A DNA stretch of 62,967 nucleotides, the filler included, from Reclinomonas americana ATCC 50394 (taxonomy: Eukaryota): NCBI GenBank assembly GCA_048213135.1. It is 17 parts of 17 records of this genome, joined end to end, with 100 filler letters (N's around TTAATTAATTAA, not from the genome) between each part and the next. Parts side by side here need not be neighbours in the genome. Positions count along the whole stretch, not along the records: positions 30,428 to 40,631 come from AFZH01019833.1; positions 40,732 to 42,955 come from AFZH01019834.1; positions 43,056 to 45,893 come from AFZH01019835.1; positions 45,994 to 47,422 come from AFZH01019836.1; positions 47,523 to 48,731 come from AFZH01019837.1; positions 48,832 to 51,868 come from AFZH01019840.1; 11 more parts are not named here. One strand, written 5' to 3'. How positions within the stretch are numbered: the first letter of the stretch is position 1; the number at the start of each line of letters is the position of its first letter. Shown here one piece after another: positions 36,166-48,930 of the stretch. A model generated the notes under the pieces. The model made no database searches, was not told the origin of the DNA, and worked only from the letters and a program-made list of their open reading frames with translations. A program made the translations under genes and the position numbers.

Positions 36166-39100
36166 TCACGGCGACGATGGCGCAGCTGCGGTGGTTGTTG
36201 GTGATGTAGCGTGCGTCGCCGTTGGTGGCGCCGCAGACATCGGAGCAGCCACATACGGCGGTGGCAATCTCACCCTCGAGAAAGTGGCCCTGAGAATGCC
36301 CACCAGGTCCGTGGAGGAGGGTCGATCCACCGGCTTCGCCTGCAACACCAGCATCCGTGTCAGCAACACGCAGACGCAGCTGTCGGTTTCCCCATCACGC
36401 AACTGCCCAGCACATTTCGATGACTCGACGATGGTCAGCGCTCAAAAACGGGTGATCCAGCGCGCCGGGCATGCTTCCCCGACGCACCGAGTCCAACAGA
36501 TGCGACGCTCCCACACCATCGTACGGCTTGGTTCGCGTGACACAGCACCACAAAATGGTGCCGAAGGAGAAAATGTCGGCACGCTCGTCGTACTGCACCC
36601 ACACATGAGCGGAAGGAGACAACCATTTGCACACCAGCGCGTAGAGCTCACCGGCTCCCCCATGAGCACTTCTCGAGCCGCATACGCCGGTGTTCCAACA
36701 ACAGTGCGCAGCTGGACCAGCGTGCGCCATTCCTTGGCCTCACCAAAGTCGCAAATCTTGACAGTGCGGCGATCGTCACTCACGAGAATGTCTGTCGCAC
36801 AGGGCGGGATGAGCGTGGCAGTTCACAACCACAGAGCGCCACAAGGTGGGACGCAACTCTCGGGTTTCAAATCCCGATGAACGACTCGTCGCGTGTGCAT
36901 GTGTTCCAGTGCCTCAGCGACTTGCACCAGCAGTTCGATCAGGTCGTCCGTCCTGTAGGCATCCTCGTCGATCAACGACTGCAGCGTGATCGGTGAGCCA
37001 TCAGCCTGCCCGATGTACTCGAGCACCAGAGCGGGTCCGCCAGGCATCTGCTCACACACTGCCAGGATCTTGACAATGTTCTGGTGACTGGAGAGCCAGT
37101 TAGCCAAGCGATCGACGCTTCGGAGAAGCAGAGAATGTGAGACGCAACTCGAGCCTCATCAGCTGCCGTTCCTCATTTTCGATGGCTTGCAGCAGCTTCT
37201 CTCTGTTGGCTGTGTTTGCGTGACACACGTACTGCTTGTACGCTACGTCCACCAGATCGCCTCCGATCATGCAGGTGGCCCGGAAAACCGGTTGTTGACC
37301 TGTTGCACGACAAGACGGGGAAAGCAGAAGTCAGCGACGAACTGCAACTGTATAACTTACACGGACGACTGACCGACTGCAAGTGGGTGGCTGTGCGCAA
37401 TAGCGTCTGCCTGTACGCGTGGCGCGCGAAGCACGAGTCGTTCGAGAGCAACCTTGAATTTCTCGTCCGTATCTTGTAACGAGTGCACTTCTGCGACACA
37501 GAGAACGGCGAATGAGGTGAGCGCAATAATGATTCGGCACCACACGACAGATGACGCAACTGTCGTATGACTTGGACAGCTCCTCGATGCACGGGTGATT
37601 GGCGGGGAACAGCTGATGCAGAATGTCGCGAATGGTGCGCATGCAATGCCGGTACTCGCTGTCGGACAGGGTCGCCGACGCCACCAGGTGCGAAACACGG
37701 TTACGCATATCTTTCAGCTCCTTCACCATGTCAATCTGTGGGGTGAGAGTAAGAAGGGGGAAGCGAAAGGGTGGGGGAAGCGAAGGGGGTAGACGAGGGG
37801 AAGAGAAGGGGGAAGAGAAGGGGGAAGCAAAGGGGAAGCAAAGGAAGATGGCAGAAGGGGGGAAAGCAACAGCGATCTAGTGCAGACAGAGAACGCAACA
37901 ATGGCCGCGTCGGTCGTCTTGTCCAGCATACGGATAGCCAACCGATCCTGACCGGGCGAAGCGCCGACACGAACGGCATAGTTGCCCACGTTGGCATGCG
38001 TGCAGACTGCGACTGGCACATACGAGATCTCCAGCAACAGTGTTGACAGCAGCGTCACATCCATCAGCGCGGTCGAGCCCGACCTCTTGAATTCTCGCAC
38101 AGCGTCGTATTTGTCAGCGAACACCTGCGCCACACGCCGAGACTTCTTTCCGGCGGCGTCCAGTGAGAACCAGGCGTATCTATGCATGGTACAGGTACGA
38201 AGAAGTGAGACAACGAGCTCAGGTACCTCCAAAACAAACGAAGATGCTTTTCCACGGACCTCTCATCCCCACATTTCTAAGTCTGTGTGTCTGCTCTCTC
38301 TCTCTCACGCTCTCCTCTCTCTGCACTTCTGTGTTCTTCCCCTTCTTGTCGTCCAAACCGCCCCTGCCTCTCCCACTCTCTGTCTCTCTTTCTCACTCGA
38401 TCTCTCCCTATCCGTCTCTCCTCCCTTCTTCATTCTCTCTCTCTCTCTCACACACACATTCTGCCTCTCTCGTCGACGCTCTCCTATTTCTTGTAGCCCC
38501 GCACTATCCCTGACTCTCTCTCTCTCTCTCCCGTCACTTCCTCTTCACACCCACTTCCCTTCGCAGCACAATTACTCACCGATCTGGAACGTTCTTCGTA
38601 CAGAGCTGTTCGATATCGTACTCGCCGGCGGCGAACTTTGCCGTAAATCGTGCCATGTGATCCACAAAGAGCACGCCGAGAGCCTTGGGGAGCACCTTGT
38701 ACATCATCTCGTCGAGCATGATGATTCGCCGTCGCTTGCTGTAATGTTGCCAGCGTTAGTATTTCAGCAGCTAGGGAGGTGGCAAGCACGATGGCGCCTG
38801 TAACGCACCTGAGGAACTTGGAGTGCATCTTGGAGCCCAAGTTTTCGGTCAATGACTTCTTTTCTTCTTCCGCAGCTTTCAGTGACCGCTGTAGATCAGC
38901 CAGCTGCTGCTGCAGCTCTGTGACAACAGGAGCCAGTGCCGCTCCTTGCGTGTCCTTGAGTTCCTGGAGTCGTCGTTCACGTTCCTCTCGTTCGGTCTGC
39001 GCCAGCCTGCGCTGCGTCTCGATTGCCGACTCCAGCACCTCAATCTGCTGTTGAGCTTGCCTCTGCAGCTGGTCCTTTAACTCCAGCTGTCTGCGGAGAT

Positions 39101-42100
39101 CCTCCAATGCTGCGAGGTCTTCTTGTTGCAATCCCACGTGCGTAGGCTGCAAGAGGACACAGATGCAAGTGAGCGCTGGTCAGACGGCAATAATGACGAG
39201 AGGAGTGAGACGGACAAACCTGGCTGCTGCTGTACTGCAGGCTTGAAGAGCCAGCTGTGCCAAGGGAATATGAGCATGCACAACAAGATCACGCAAAAAT
39301 AGAGAGAAAAAAAGAGCATGGGAGAGGGACATGCAAGGACGCCCAACAGGCAACACAGGAACATCACACGCACACATACACGAACACACAGACACAAAGC
39401 AACAGAGACACGCATGGACGCAACACACGGCAACACACAAACATACGCAGAGAGAGAGAGAAAGAATGAGAGAGAGAGAGAGAGACGCGCGAGGGGCGCA
39501 TAAACGTGGCAGACAATTCGGAGAACACAGACAAAACAGGCACACATGCGCATCCGCACGTACACGGAGGGAGAGAGTGCAAAGACACACACGGACGCAA
39601 ACCCGTACAACAGACAATAAAGTGAATGCAAACAAACACAGGTACACCGACACACACAACGTACAATACAGAGAGACACGAACGGACGCGACACACGACG
39701 TACAATACAGAGAGAGAGACAAACAAACATACACCGACACACCCGTACAGCAAACAAACACGAATGTAGTGTGAGCAAGAATGAATACAAGCCCAGCACA
39801 TTCGATTCACGCACCTCCCGCAGATCTGGTGGGCGATCGCGGTCGCAAGCGCGGGGCACGCCGCTCGAGCTGCTGCACGACATTGAGATGCCCTTTCCTC
39901 CGCGCCACTTGCACAGGCGTGTTGCCATCGCCGTCGATTCGGTCGATGAGATCCGGGTACTTGTCGGCGAGTTGAATGGCGACTCGTACGTGCCCGCGAG
40001 TGGCTGCACAGTGCAGTGCGGTGGAGCCGCGTACACAGTCTTGCAGTGGGCTCGAGGTGACGGCAAATGCCGCGTCGCGGGAGCAGCGCTGGGTGTCTTC
40101 CAGCAACCAGTCCACCACCGAATGCACGCCATACGTGGCGGCGGCCATGAGCGGCGTCCAGTTGCCGTTGCCCAACGTGGCTGCAAGCTGCCGTCCCATT
40201 CCGCTGTCGCGCCACAGGTACTCCAACACCGGGATGTGACTGCGACGAGCGGCTGCGTGGAAGCACGTACAGCGATCGTCGTCGCGTTCCGAATCGGCCA
40301 GCAGAATGGCGGCGCCCTCATTGTCCACCAATGTTCGCAGCGCCGCCACGTCTCCACGCTGCGCAATGCGCCATGCCTTCTCACGAACTGCGAGGAGGAG
40401 AAGGGGGGTGAGTTGAAGGGGGGTGAGGAGAAGGGGGGAGAGAGAGAGAGACAAGGCAAAGAAAGAGGAGAATAGGAGAGAGACACGGAAAAGGAGGAGA
40501 ACAACAGGAGAGAGAGAGAGAGAGAGAAAGACAATACAAAGGAAGAGGAGAAGGGGAGAGAGACAAGGCAAAGGAAGAGGAAAAGTGGAGAGAGACACCG
40601 TAAACGGAACCGAGAGAGAGAAAGACAAGGCNNNNNNNNNNNNNNNNNNNNNNNNNNNNNNNNNNNNNNNNNNNNTTAATTAATTAANNNNNNNNNNNNN
40701 NNNNNNNNNNNNNNNNNNNNNNNNNNNNNNNACAAGGAAGAAAAGAAGAGGAGAGAGACATGGAAAAGGGAGGAAACAACAGAGAGAGAAAGACAAGGCA
40801 AAGGGAGGAGAACAACCGAGAGAGAGAAAGACAAGGCAAAGGAGAGGAGAAGAGGAGAGAGACACGGAAAAGGGAGGAAACAACAGAGAGAGAGAGAGAG
40901 AAAGACAAGGCAAAGGAGAGGAGAGAGACATGGAAAAGGGAGGAAACAACAGAGAGAGAATTCAAGGCAAAGGAAGGAGAACAACCGACAGAGAGAAAGA
41001 CAAGGCAAAAGGAAGAGGAGAATAGGAGAGAGACACGGTAAAGGGAGGAGAGCAACAGAGAGAATGAGGAGAACGGCAGAAAGAAAGTGATCAATAACAA
41101 GAAAGGAGAACCAAAAGGAATGCAGAGAGAGAGAGAGAGAGAAACACAGAGCAGAGGCTGCGAAACCGCGCAATTATCATACCTGCATCGCCGCCAGGGG
41201 TAGTTTTCGGACTGCCGCTGCCGTCAGTGGAAGCGGTGGCAGCTACTGCTGAGCCCGACGGCCCCGCCGCCAGGTCCGGATTCCGTGTCTGCCTCTGCAG
41301 GTCCGCCACTTGCATGCGGGCCAATTCGTCGGTGAGCAAGGCATAATTATGCTGACGCGCCACTGCGATTGCCGTCTTGCCCGCGGCATTCTTGGCCATC
41401 AGCAGCTCCGGGTACGAGCCGACAAGCACGTGCACAATGTCAACGTTACCACCGGCGGCCGCATAGTGCAGCGCGGTCGATCCATCGTGGTTGGTGGCCG
41501 CCACCGCAACATCGCGCGGGCACCGCCTCTCGTCCTGCAGCAGCCACTGCACCACTTCGGCGTGGCCGTTGCCGGCAGCCACCATCAGCGGTGTCTCGCC
41601 GCTGTCGGTGCGCCGTCGGGCGAGGGTGACGCCGATGTCGCCAGTCGACCACAGAAACTCGAGAATGTGCAGGTGGCCACGCTCGGCGGCGCAGTGAAAG
41701 ACCGACGAACCGACGACGTCCATGGCGGTGTCGCGGTTGAGGAGGATGCGCGGGTCGCCGCCGGTGAGGGCGATGAGGTCGCGGAGGGCAGGGAGATCGC
41801 CGGCGTGGGCCATTTCCCAGGCTTTGGGGAGGGTGCTGCAAAGGGGGACGAAGGGGGAGAAAGGGGGACAATGGGGAAAGGGTGAGAGAGGGAGGGGGGA
41901 AGGGGGAAGGGGGAAGGGGGGAGAGGGGAAGGAGGGGAAGGGGGAAGAGGGGAAGGGATGAGGGACTGTGTGATTGTGGTGTGTGCGCGTGTGCGTGTGT
42001 GTGTGCATGAGAGAGAGAGAGAGAGAAGAAACGAGAATCAGCGTACCCAGCATAGCATGAAGACTACAAACAGTGAAGAGCAGGTTTCGCGAAAGAGAGC

Positions 42101-42750
42101 AGTGCCACAGGAAGTGAGTAACGACGAATTCTAGTGAGCAATCCAGCTTGTGGAGGGCACAGAGAAAGCAAGCAAACACTGAGCGTATCAAAGGACGTGA
42201 ACGAAGCGGACGAATGAAGTGAGTGGCATGAAATGATGAGAGAGAGGAGGAGGAGAAGAAGAAGAAGAAGAAGAGGAACAAGAACAAGAAGAAACGAGAA
42301 TCAATCGGATGCAGCTTCTCGTCAACAAACAGTTAAGAGCAGGTCTCACGAGAGAGTGGTGATACAGGAAGTAGCATGACATCTCATGAGCAATCCAACT
42401 TGCAGAGCACAGAGAACGATTCCAGGAACGTGAATGCAGCGGACAAATGAAGTGAGTGGCATGAAAGGATGAGAGAGAGAGGAGGAGGAGAAGAAGAAGA
42501 AGAAGAAGAACAAGAACAAGAAGAAACGAGAATCCATCGGATGCAGCATCTCGTCAACAAACAGTTGAAGAGCAGGTTTCACGTGCGACCGAATGAGAGT
42601 GGTGATACAGGAAGTAGCATGACATCTAGCGAACAATTCAGCTTGCAGAGCACAGAGAGCAAGAGGGCGGTGGAGTGAGCGTTTCCAAGAACGTGAATGC
42701 AGCAAGCGAGTGGCACGGAGTCTCATAATCATCGCCACAACAGAGAGATG

Positions 42751-42786
<36 letters not shown>

Positions 42787-43055
42787 CAGGAGAAGCGATA
42801 ACAATGCGACACGTGTCGAGAAGAGCGACCGCTGCAAGTCGACACAATAAAGAGCGGAGAGAGAATGCGCCACGACAAGGCAAAAACACGACGAAAAATC
42901 CCGTGACACGAGAAATCAGTGACGAAAAGAAAAGAGAGAGAGAGAGAGTGTGTGTNNNNNNNNNNNNNNNNNNNNNNNNNNNNNNNNNNNNNNNNNNNNT
43001 TAATTAATTAANNNNNNNNNNNNNNNNNNNNNNNNNNNNNNNNNNNNNNNNNNNN

Positions 43056-43101
<46 letters not shown>

Positions 43102-43533
43102 AGAGAGTAACGTGACGTGACAGAAAATAGTGGCCTCCGCAAGGCAATCGTGACACAACAAGAGAATGAGCCACGACAGTGTAAACAAGGCAAAAACACG
43201 ACAAATCCCGGTCATCACTCAACCATGACACGAGAAATCAGATGCAAAAATATCGAGGAGAAAAGAAGGCAACACAATGCCTGCAAGTGAGTGACAGTGA
43301 GACACACATGAGCGGTGTAAAACCCGACAGAACAACCTGTCACAACCACTCATGACAAACTCTGATAATGTCCGCCACTCACACACAAGCACTCACACAC
43401 AAGCAAGGAGACACACACATAAAAGAGCACAGAAAACACAGGAGAAAAAGACATGACAAAATTTTCACAAAGAGGGCACAATAAGACGACAAGCAGCAAA
43501 ACGCAACTCTGGTGAAGGCGGAGGTGCCGACAT
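36166..43533 (-). CDS. Ankyrin-repeat / coiled-coil / HEPN-like / protein kinase multidomain protein, spliced, spanning two gaps
   Basis: Exons 43533-43508, 41835-41183 (ANK block 1) and 40387-39815 (ANK block 2) have matching phases. Coiled coil at ~38810-39150. HEPN-like MDVTLLSTLL...MVKELKDMRNRVSHLVASATLSDSEY. Kinase motifs VAYK, HRDLKPE|N, VKICDFG, GTPAYAARE, ADIFSFG, IEMCW..P..RPS. Confidence 0.8.
42050..42720. repeat. ~240-nt degenerate tandem duplication in the first intron of the ankyrin-kinase gene
   Basis: GAAACGAGAATC...CATC/CTTCTCGTCAACAAACAGTT..GAGAGTGGTGATACAGGAAGTAGCATGACATCT repeated at ~42290 and ~42525, with a weaker copy at ~42030. Confidence 0.75.
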
Positions 43534-44340
43534 TGTTTATGTGTGAGTGAGAGAGTGTGTTTGTGACGAGTGAAGGTGCGTCGGGTTGCCGGGAATGGAA
43601 CAGAACTCGGGGAAAGAAACACGACAATGATAAAAGAAGAGCGCGTGTGAGGGAGAAGAGAGAGAGAAACAAAAGGAAGAATGAGAAGAAGAAGAGAGAG
43701 AGGAGCGCGCACGACGACGAGCGCAAGTGAGGTGACAGACAGTGATAAAGCGAGTGAATTGTCTTGCCGCGCAAATGCAGTGCGTTAGAAACGGTCGCCG
43801 TCACATAGCATGCTGAGTTGACGGCAGCGGTGGGTCTCTCTCTCTCTCTCTCTCTCTGTGCGTGTGCGTGTGTATGTGTGCAATTGGAACACAACAACAA
43901 TAACAGCAACACAACAATTCATTCACCATGGCCAACAAACAAGCAACAGCTGTCTTGGCTGTCTTGATGACTGTGTCCAACCATATCCATCTCCAAACAC
44001 GAACATAAACACCAGTCTTGAGGCAACAGCAGGTTCGAGTGCATGTGTGTTTCGTTCTCGCGATTGGATCCATGAAAGTGGACCAGAGGTGCACACCACA
44101 GTGGACGAATGCGGAACTGCAGGTGGTGCCTGGCAAACAAGGCCAGTCCCATGGCCATTGGAAAAGGCTGCATCTAATCGATTGAATCACTCAATCTCCG
44201 CACGCAAACTTGTGAGACAACCCCCTCTGCTTGTTTCACACTGTGCGTGCTATTCTTTTTCTGTTCTCATCAGGCTGCTGCTTCCAGTGTTTCTCCACAA
44301 GTGCATTTTCGCATGGCTCAACATCTCCTCGGAAAGGGGC

Positions 44341-45195
44341 ATGGCATCCCTCAACAGGCCTCAGCTCGGCCACCGTTCCGTCGCCGCGACCAAGCGACCC
44401 TTCAGAAAAGTTGTGTGCTTGTGTGCGTGTGTGTGCGTGCGTGTGTGTGTTGCGCGCAACCAAGAATGGATTTACACAGTGGAGGAAGCACGTCGGTCTG
44501 CCATGGAATGGGGTGCGTTTTGCGTGCAAGAGCCGCAGTCAGCCAGCCGCGTTTGTGACTCTTCTTCTCCTCTTGTGCGCAGTGGAATCCAACCCGGATC
44601 ACGAAAAGCAGCGGATGCAGGAGGAACTGGAAACGCTCTCGGAGGAAGATCGCCAGCGATGTGAGTGGACGTCTTTTTGAGAAGGTTCTTGCGCGTGGCG
44701 TTGCGAGACCAAGGCGTACGTATACGGCCACAGGGCTCCTGTTCCACGAAGCCCAGGCAGAGAATCTTCGGCTGAAGTGAGTGGTGTCGTGTGCCGCGCC
44801 AACAACTCGTCGTTTGTTCAACCGCGTGCACGGCACAGAAAGTTGGCGGCGTGCTTGGACACAGCACGACGCGACTTTGCGGATGACCTTCGGCAGCTGC
44901 AGGTGTGATACTGAGACCTCGTTGCGAAGTGGCCACCCTTCCCAGTCACAGATCTCTGTTCTGTTGTTATCAGGTTGGCTCGGAGCCTCTGCGGGAGCGA
45001 GCTGTGGAACTGCGTCGCATCCCCCTCAGTCGTGAGCGGCTGCCCGTGTGTGACTACGTCGTTGAAGAGCTCAAGCGGCTGTCGCCTGCCGACGCATCGT
45101 CTCTGTCCGTCTCCGTGGGTTTCATGAGTCTGTTGGACGCCATCCGGCGCATTGCTTGCCGCCAGTGTCATGTTTGTCATGCGTACGGATTGTAG
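44341..45195 (+). CDS. Small spliced hypothetical protein
   Basis: ATG at 44341, several donor and acceptor signals typical of this genome, and coding-like segments (EKQRMQEELETLSEEDRQR; last exon VGSEPLRERAVELRRIPL...). No family recognised. Confidence 0.35.
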
Positions 45196-45689
45196 TAATC
45201 AGCGCTCCGTTGTGATCCCGTGCATATTGGCGACGGAAAGCACGAGTCGCACTGTGAACACACATCGTTCTGCTTGCCAATGCGGCGCTTATCAATTGGC
45301 GATGGGAAACGCACTCACGTTTTGTAGTCACAGCGCGACCAATGAACCGGACTGTGGAAAATCACCGCGTTTTTTTCTTTGTGTTGCGCGTGAGGTGAGT
45401 TTCTCTGTGGCCTCGCTTTCTCTGTTTCATTGCCGCACACGTACACGTGCATTCTGTCACACCTTTTTTGGTTTGTGTATGTTTTGTGCATGCGTGAGTC
45501 ACCGCCAATGCGCGCGCTGACGTCAAAGCGCTCACGTCACCACGCACATGGACAAACTCAATTCACACTCTGCACACGCAAACATGCACATTGCCTGACA
45601 CACACACACACACGCATCTCTCGCTCTTGCGCACGTGCACTCACGTGTGTGTTTGCGCGCGCGCGTCATCTCTCACACAGGCAAACAAC

Positions 45690-47875
45690 ATGGCCGAGAA
45701 ACGAGCTCATTCAGCGGTGAGTGCAAGGGAGGAGAGAGAAGAGAGCGTGAGAGAGAGAGAGAGAGTGAAAAAGAGTAGACACACACACACACACACGCAG
45801 AGAGAGAGAGAGAGAGTTGTCACACACATTCTCACTCTCTTTGTCTCTCTCTCTCACTTTCAGCTCTCTGACGGGGACGATGTCGACGCTGGANNNNNNN
45901 NNNNNNNNNNNNNNNNNNNNNNNNNNNNNNNNNNNNNTTAATTAATTAANNNNNNNNNNNNNNNNNNNNNNNNNNNNNNNNNNNNNNNNNNNNGGCAGTC
46001 CAGCAGAGAAGCGACGCAAGACGACAACTGATGCAACGTCGACTTCAACCACGACGACGACGACTTCGGTGACGGTGAATGGGAATGGTGGGAACGTCGA
46101 TGTCGTCGGTGGTGCGGGTGCAGGACAGGCGCCGCCGCCGCCGCCACCGCCATTGTCGAGCGAGCCACCGCCGTTAGGAGAGGGTTTGTCTTGCAGGGAG
46201 AAGGGGGGGAGAGAGAGGGGCTTTATCGTGTCAGTTTCCACTTGTCAGTTTCTGCTGTCTGGCACTAAGTGGTTCTCTCATCAGTTTCTGCTGTCTCTGT
46301 ATTGAGCGTTCCTTGCCCTTCACTTGTCAGTTTCCACTGTCTTCCAGGCTGCTTGCACTGCGAGTGATTCTCGTTTCAGTTGCTGCTGTTCCTGCTTTCA
46401 GCATTCCTCACCTCCCACTTGTCAGTTTCTGCTGTCTTGCATGCTACTGGCACTACAAGTGGTTCTCTCATCAGTTTCTGCTGTCTCTGCTTTGAGCGTT
46501 CTTTGCCCCTCACTTTGTCAGTTTCACTCTCTTCTGCTTGCACTACGAGTGGTTCTCGTTTCAGTTTCTGCTGTTTCTGCGTTGAGCGTTCCTCACCTCT
46601 CTCTTGTCAGTTCCATTCTCTCTCATGCTACTCTATGGTTTTCGTATCAGATACTTCTGTCTCTGCTTTGGGCGTTCCTCACCCTCGCACTTGTCAGTTT
46701 CCACTGTCTCTTATGCTGCTTGCTACGAGTGGTTCTCCCCTTGAGTGGATCGATCTTGCATCCTGTGGGCGTTCCTCACTTTTCACTTGTCAGGTTGTGT
46801 TGTCTTCCATGAGCTACTCGCACCGCAAGTGATTCTCTTCATCAGTTTCTGCCATCTCTGCTTGAGCGTTCCTTGCCCCTCACTTGTCAGGTTCACCCTC
46901 TTCCTTGCTGCTTGCACTACGAGTGGTTCTCTCCATGAGTCGATCGCTTGTTAACTTGCATCCAGTGGGCGTTCGTCATCTCTCAGTTGGAGCTTTTTCA
47001 CTGCCTTTCTTGCGATCTGCCCCTACCTGCTTTCACATGCTCGCTGTCGGCTTGCATTCTCCTCATCTCGTTCTTGTCAGCTTCCACTGCTCTCGTGCTC
47101 TTTGCACTCTGTGAGTGGTTCTCTCATCAGTTGTCAAACTGCATCCATGGGCTTCGCTCACCTCTCGCTTGTCAGTTTCACTCTCTTCTGCTTGCACTAC
47201 GAGTGGTTCTCTCATCAGTTTCTGCTGTCTCCGCTTTGAGCGTTCCTCACCTCTCGCTTGTCAGTTCCATTGTCTCTCATGCACGAGTGGTTCTCTCCAC
47301 GAGTGGATCGATTGTCAAACTTGCATCCTGTGGGCGTTCCTCTTTTCTCTCTTGTCAGTTCTCTCTGTCTTCCATGTGCTTTGCTTCTTGCAGTCCACCT
47401 GCCCCGCTCTCTCTCTCTCTCTNNNNNNNNNNNNNNNNNNNNNNNNNNNNNNNNNNNNNNNNNNNNTTAATTAATTAANNNNNNNNNNNNNNNNNNNNNN
47501 NNNNNNNNNNNNNNNNNNNNNNCGCCGCCGGCGCCATGGCCGGCGCGGGCGGTGCGTCCGTAGGCTCCGGCAGTGGCGCCGACAGCGACGACGATTCAGG
47601 CAAGGGCGGTGGCGGCAGGCGACGAGGATCGACCGGCAGCCGTCGGGAGAGCGGTGGTGGAGATGTTGTGTTTGTGCGTGTGTGCATCTCTTGAGGTTGG
47701 TCGACAGCGGCTCAACGCGCGGTGCGCACAGGTCGGTCAGCGACGAGAGAAGAATCGCCTGGCCGCGCAACGCAGTCGCGAGAAGAAGAAAATGTGGGTG
47801 ACGGAGTTGAATGGGCGCATTCAGGAGCTCGAGGAGGAGAATCGCGGGTTGCAGGAGCGCATTCATCAGTTGGAG
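45690..47875 (+). CDS. bZIP transcription factor, spliced, spanning gaps, 3'-incomplete
   Basis: Basic region and zipper RREKNRLAAQRSREKKKMWVTELNGRIQELEEENRGLQERIHQLE (~47732-47875). Linkage to upstream exons from the ATG at 45690 is inferred. Confidence 0.75.
46230..47400. repeat. Degenerate intronic minisatellite
   Basis: Recurring TTGTCAGTTT, GCACTACGAGTGGTTCTC and TTGAGCGTTCCT blocks. Confidence 0.8.
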
Positions 47876-48930
47876 GTGCGTTGCAGGGAAAGGGGAGGGA
47901 AAGGAGAGGGAGGGGTGGGATGGGAAGGGAGGGATAGGGAAGGGAAGGGATGGAAAGGGGAGGTCGGGGTTTATGTGCTTCCGGTGAAAGGGACAGATGA
48001 GGCGCCCCGCTCTCGAGTGCGTGACGGCGATTTCGAACAGATACAACTATGTGGAGGTAGTTAGAGAGAAAGAGATTTGATGTTCCAATGATGTGCTGTC
48101 TGCCTCTCTTTCTCTCCATGCATGTGATTCCCTTTGCTTCCCCTTTTTTTCCTCGCTGTCGATTCGAACAGATCCAACAATGTGGAGAGAGCGAGAGAGA
48201 GTACGAGGGACAACACGAGAGAATTCGTTTTCGCAACATGTCATCTATTTCTCTTGTGAGCGCGACATCACGTCTTTCTCTTTCTCTCTCATTCTCCACT
48301 TTCTCTCCATGAATATACTCCTCTTCGCTTTCTTTTGGCTTCCCCTTTTCTTCCCTCTCTTCCCCGTCGCTTCGCCCTGTGTCTCCCTGGCGACCCGAAC
48401 CGATGCACCTATGTGGAGAGAGTGCGAGAGAATATGAAGGACAGAACGAGAGAACGCGTGACGTCTTCCTCTTGTCTCTCTCGCTGTATGTCTGTTTGTC
48501 TCTTCGTTTGTCGTCCATCTCTCTCTCGCCATGCATGTGCTTCCCCTTCACTTTTCCCCTCTCTTCCCCCCTTCACTTCCCCTTCGCTTCCCCTTCGCTT
48601 CCCCTCCGCTTCCCCTCCGCTTCCCCTTCGCTTCCCCTCCGCTTCCCCTTCGCTTCCCCTTCGCTTCCCCTTCGCTTCCCCTTCTCTCCCCCCTTCTCTC
48701 CCCCTTCTCTTCCCCTTCTCTTCCCCTTCTCNNNNNNNNNNNNNNNNNNNNNNNNNNNNNNNNNNNNNNNNNNNNTTAATTAATTAANNNNNNNNNNNNN
48801 NNNNNNNNNNNNNNNNNNNNNNNNNNNNNNNGGAGGTCTTGGTTGCATTGCGTCTCCGGTATGGTGCCCCGTCAGCCCCTTCGGAGAGGCATTTGCGTCC
48901 GTGTCGGCTATGGTCGCTCCGGAGTTTGCC

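Noticed and set aside
48540..48731. (CTTCCCCTTCG)n-like repeat at the end of the eukaryotic segment as a possible telomere
   Set aside because: It is degenerate, resembles the pyrimidine tracts of other introns, and sits inside the incomplete bZIP gene.
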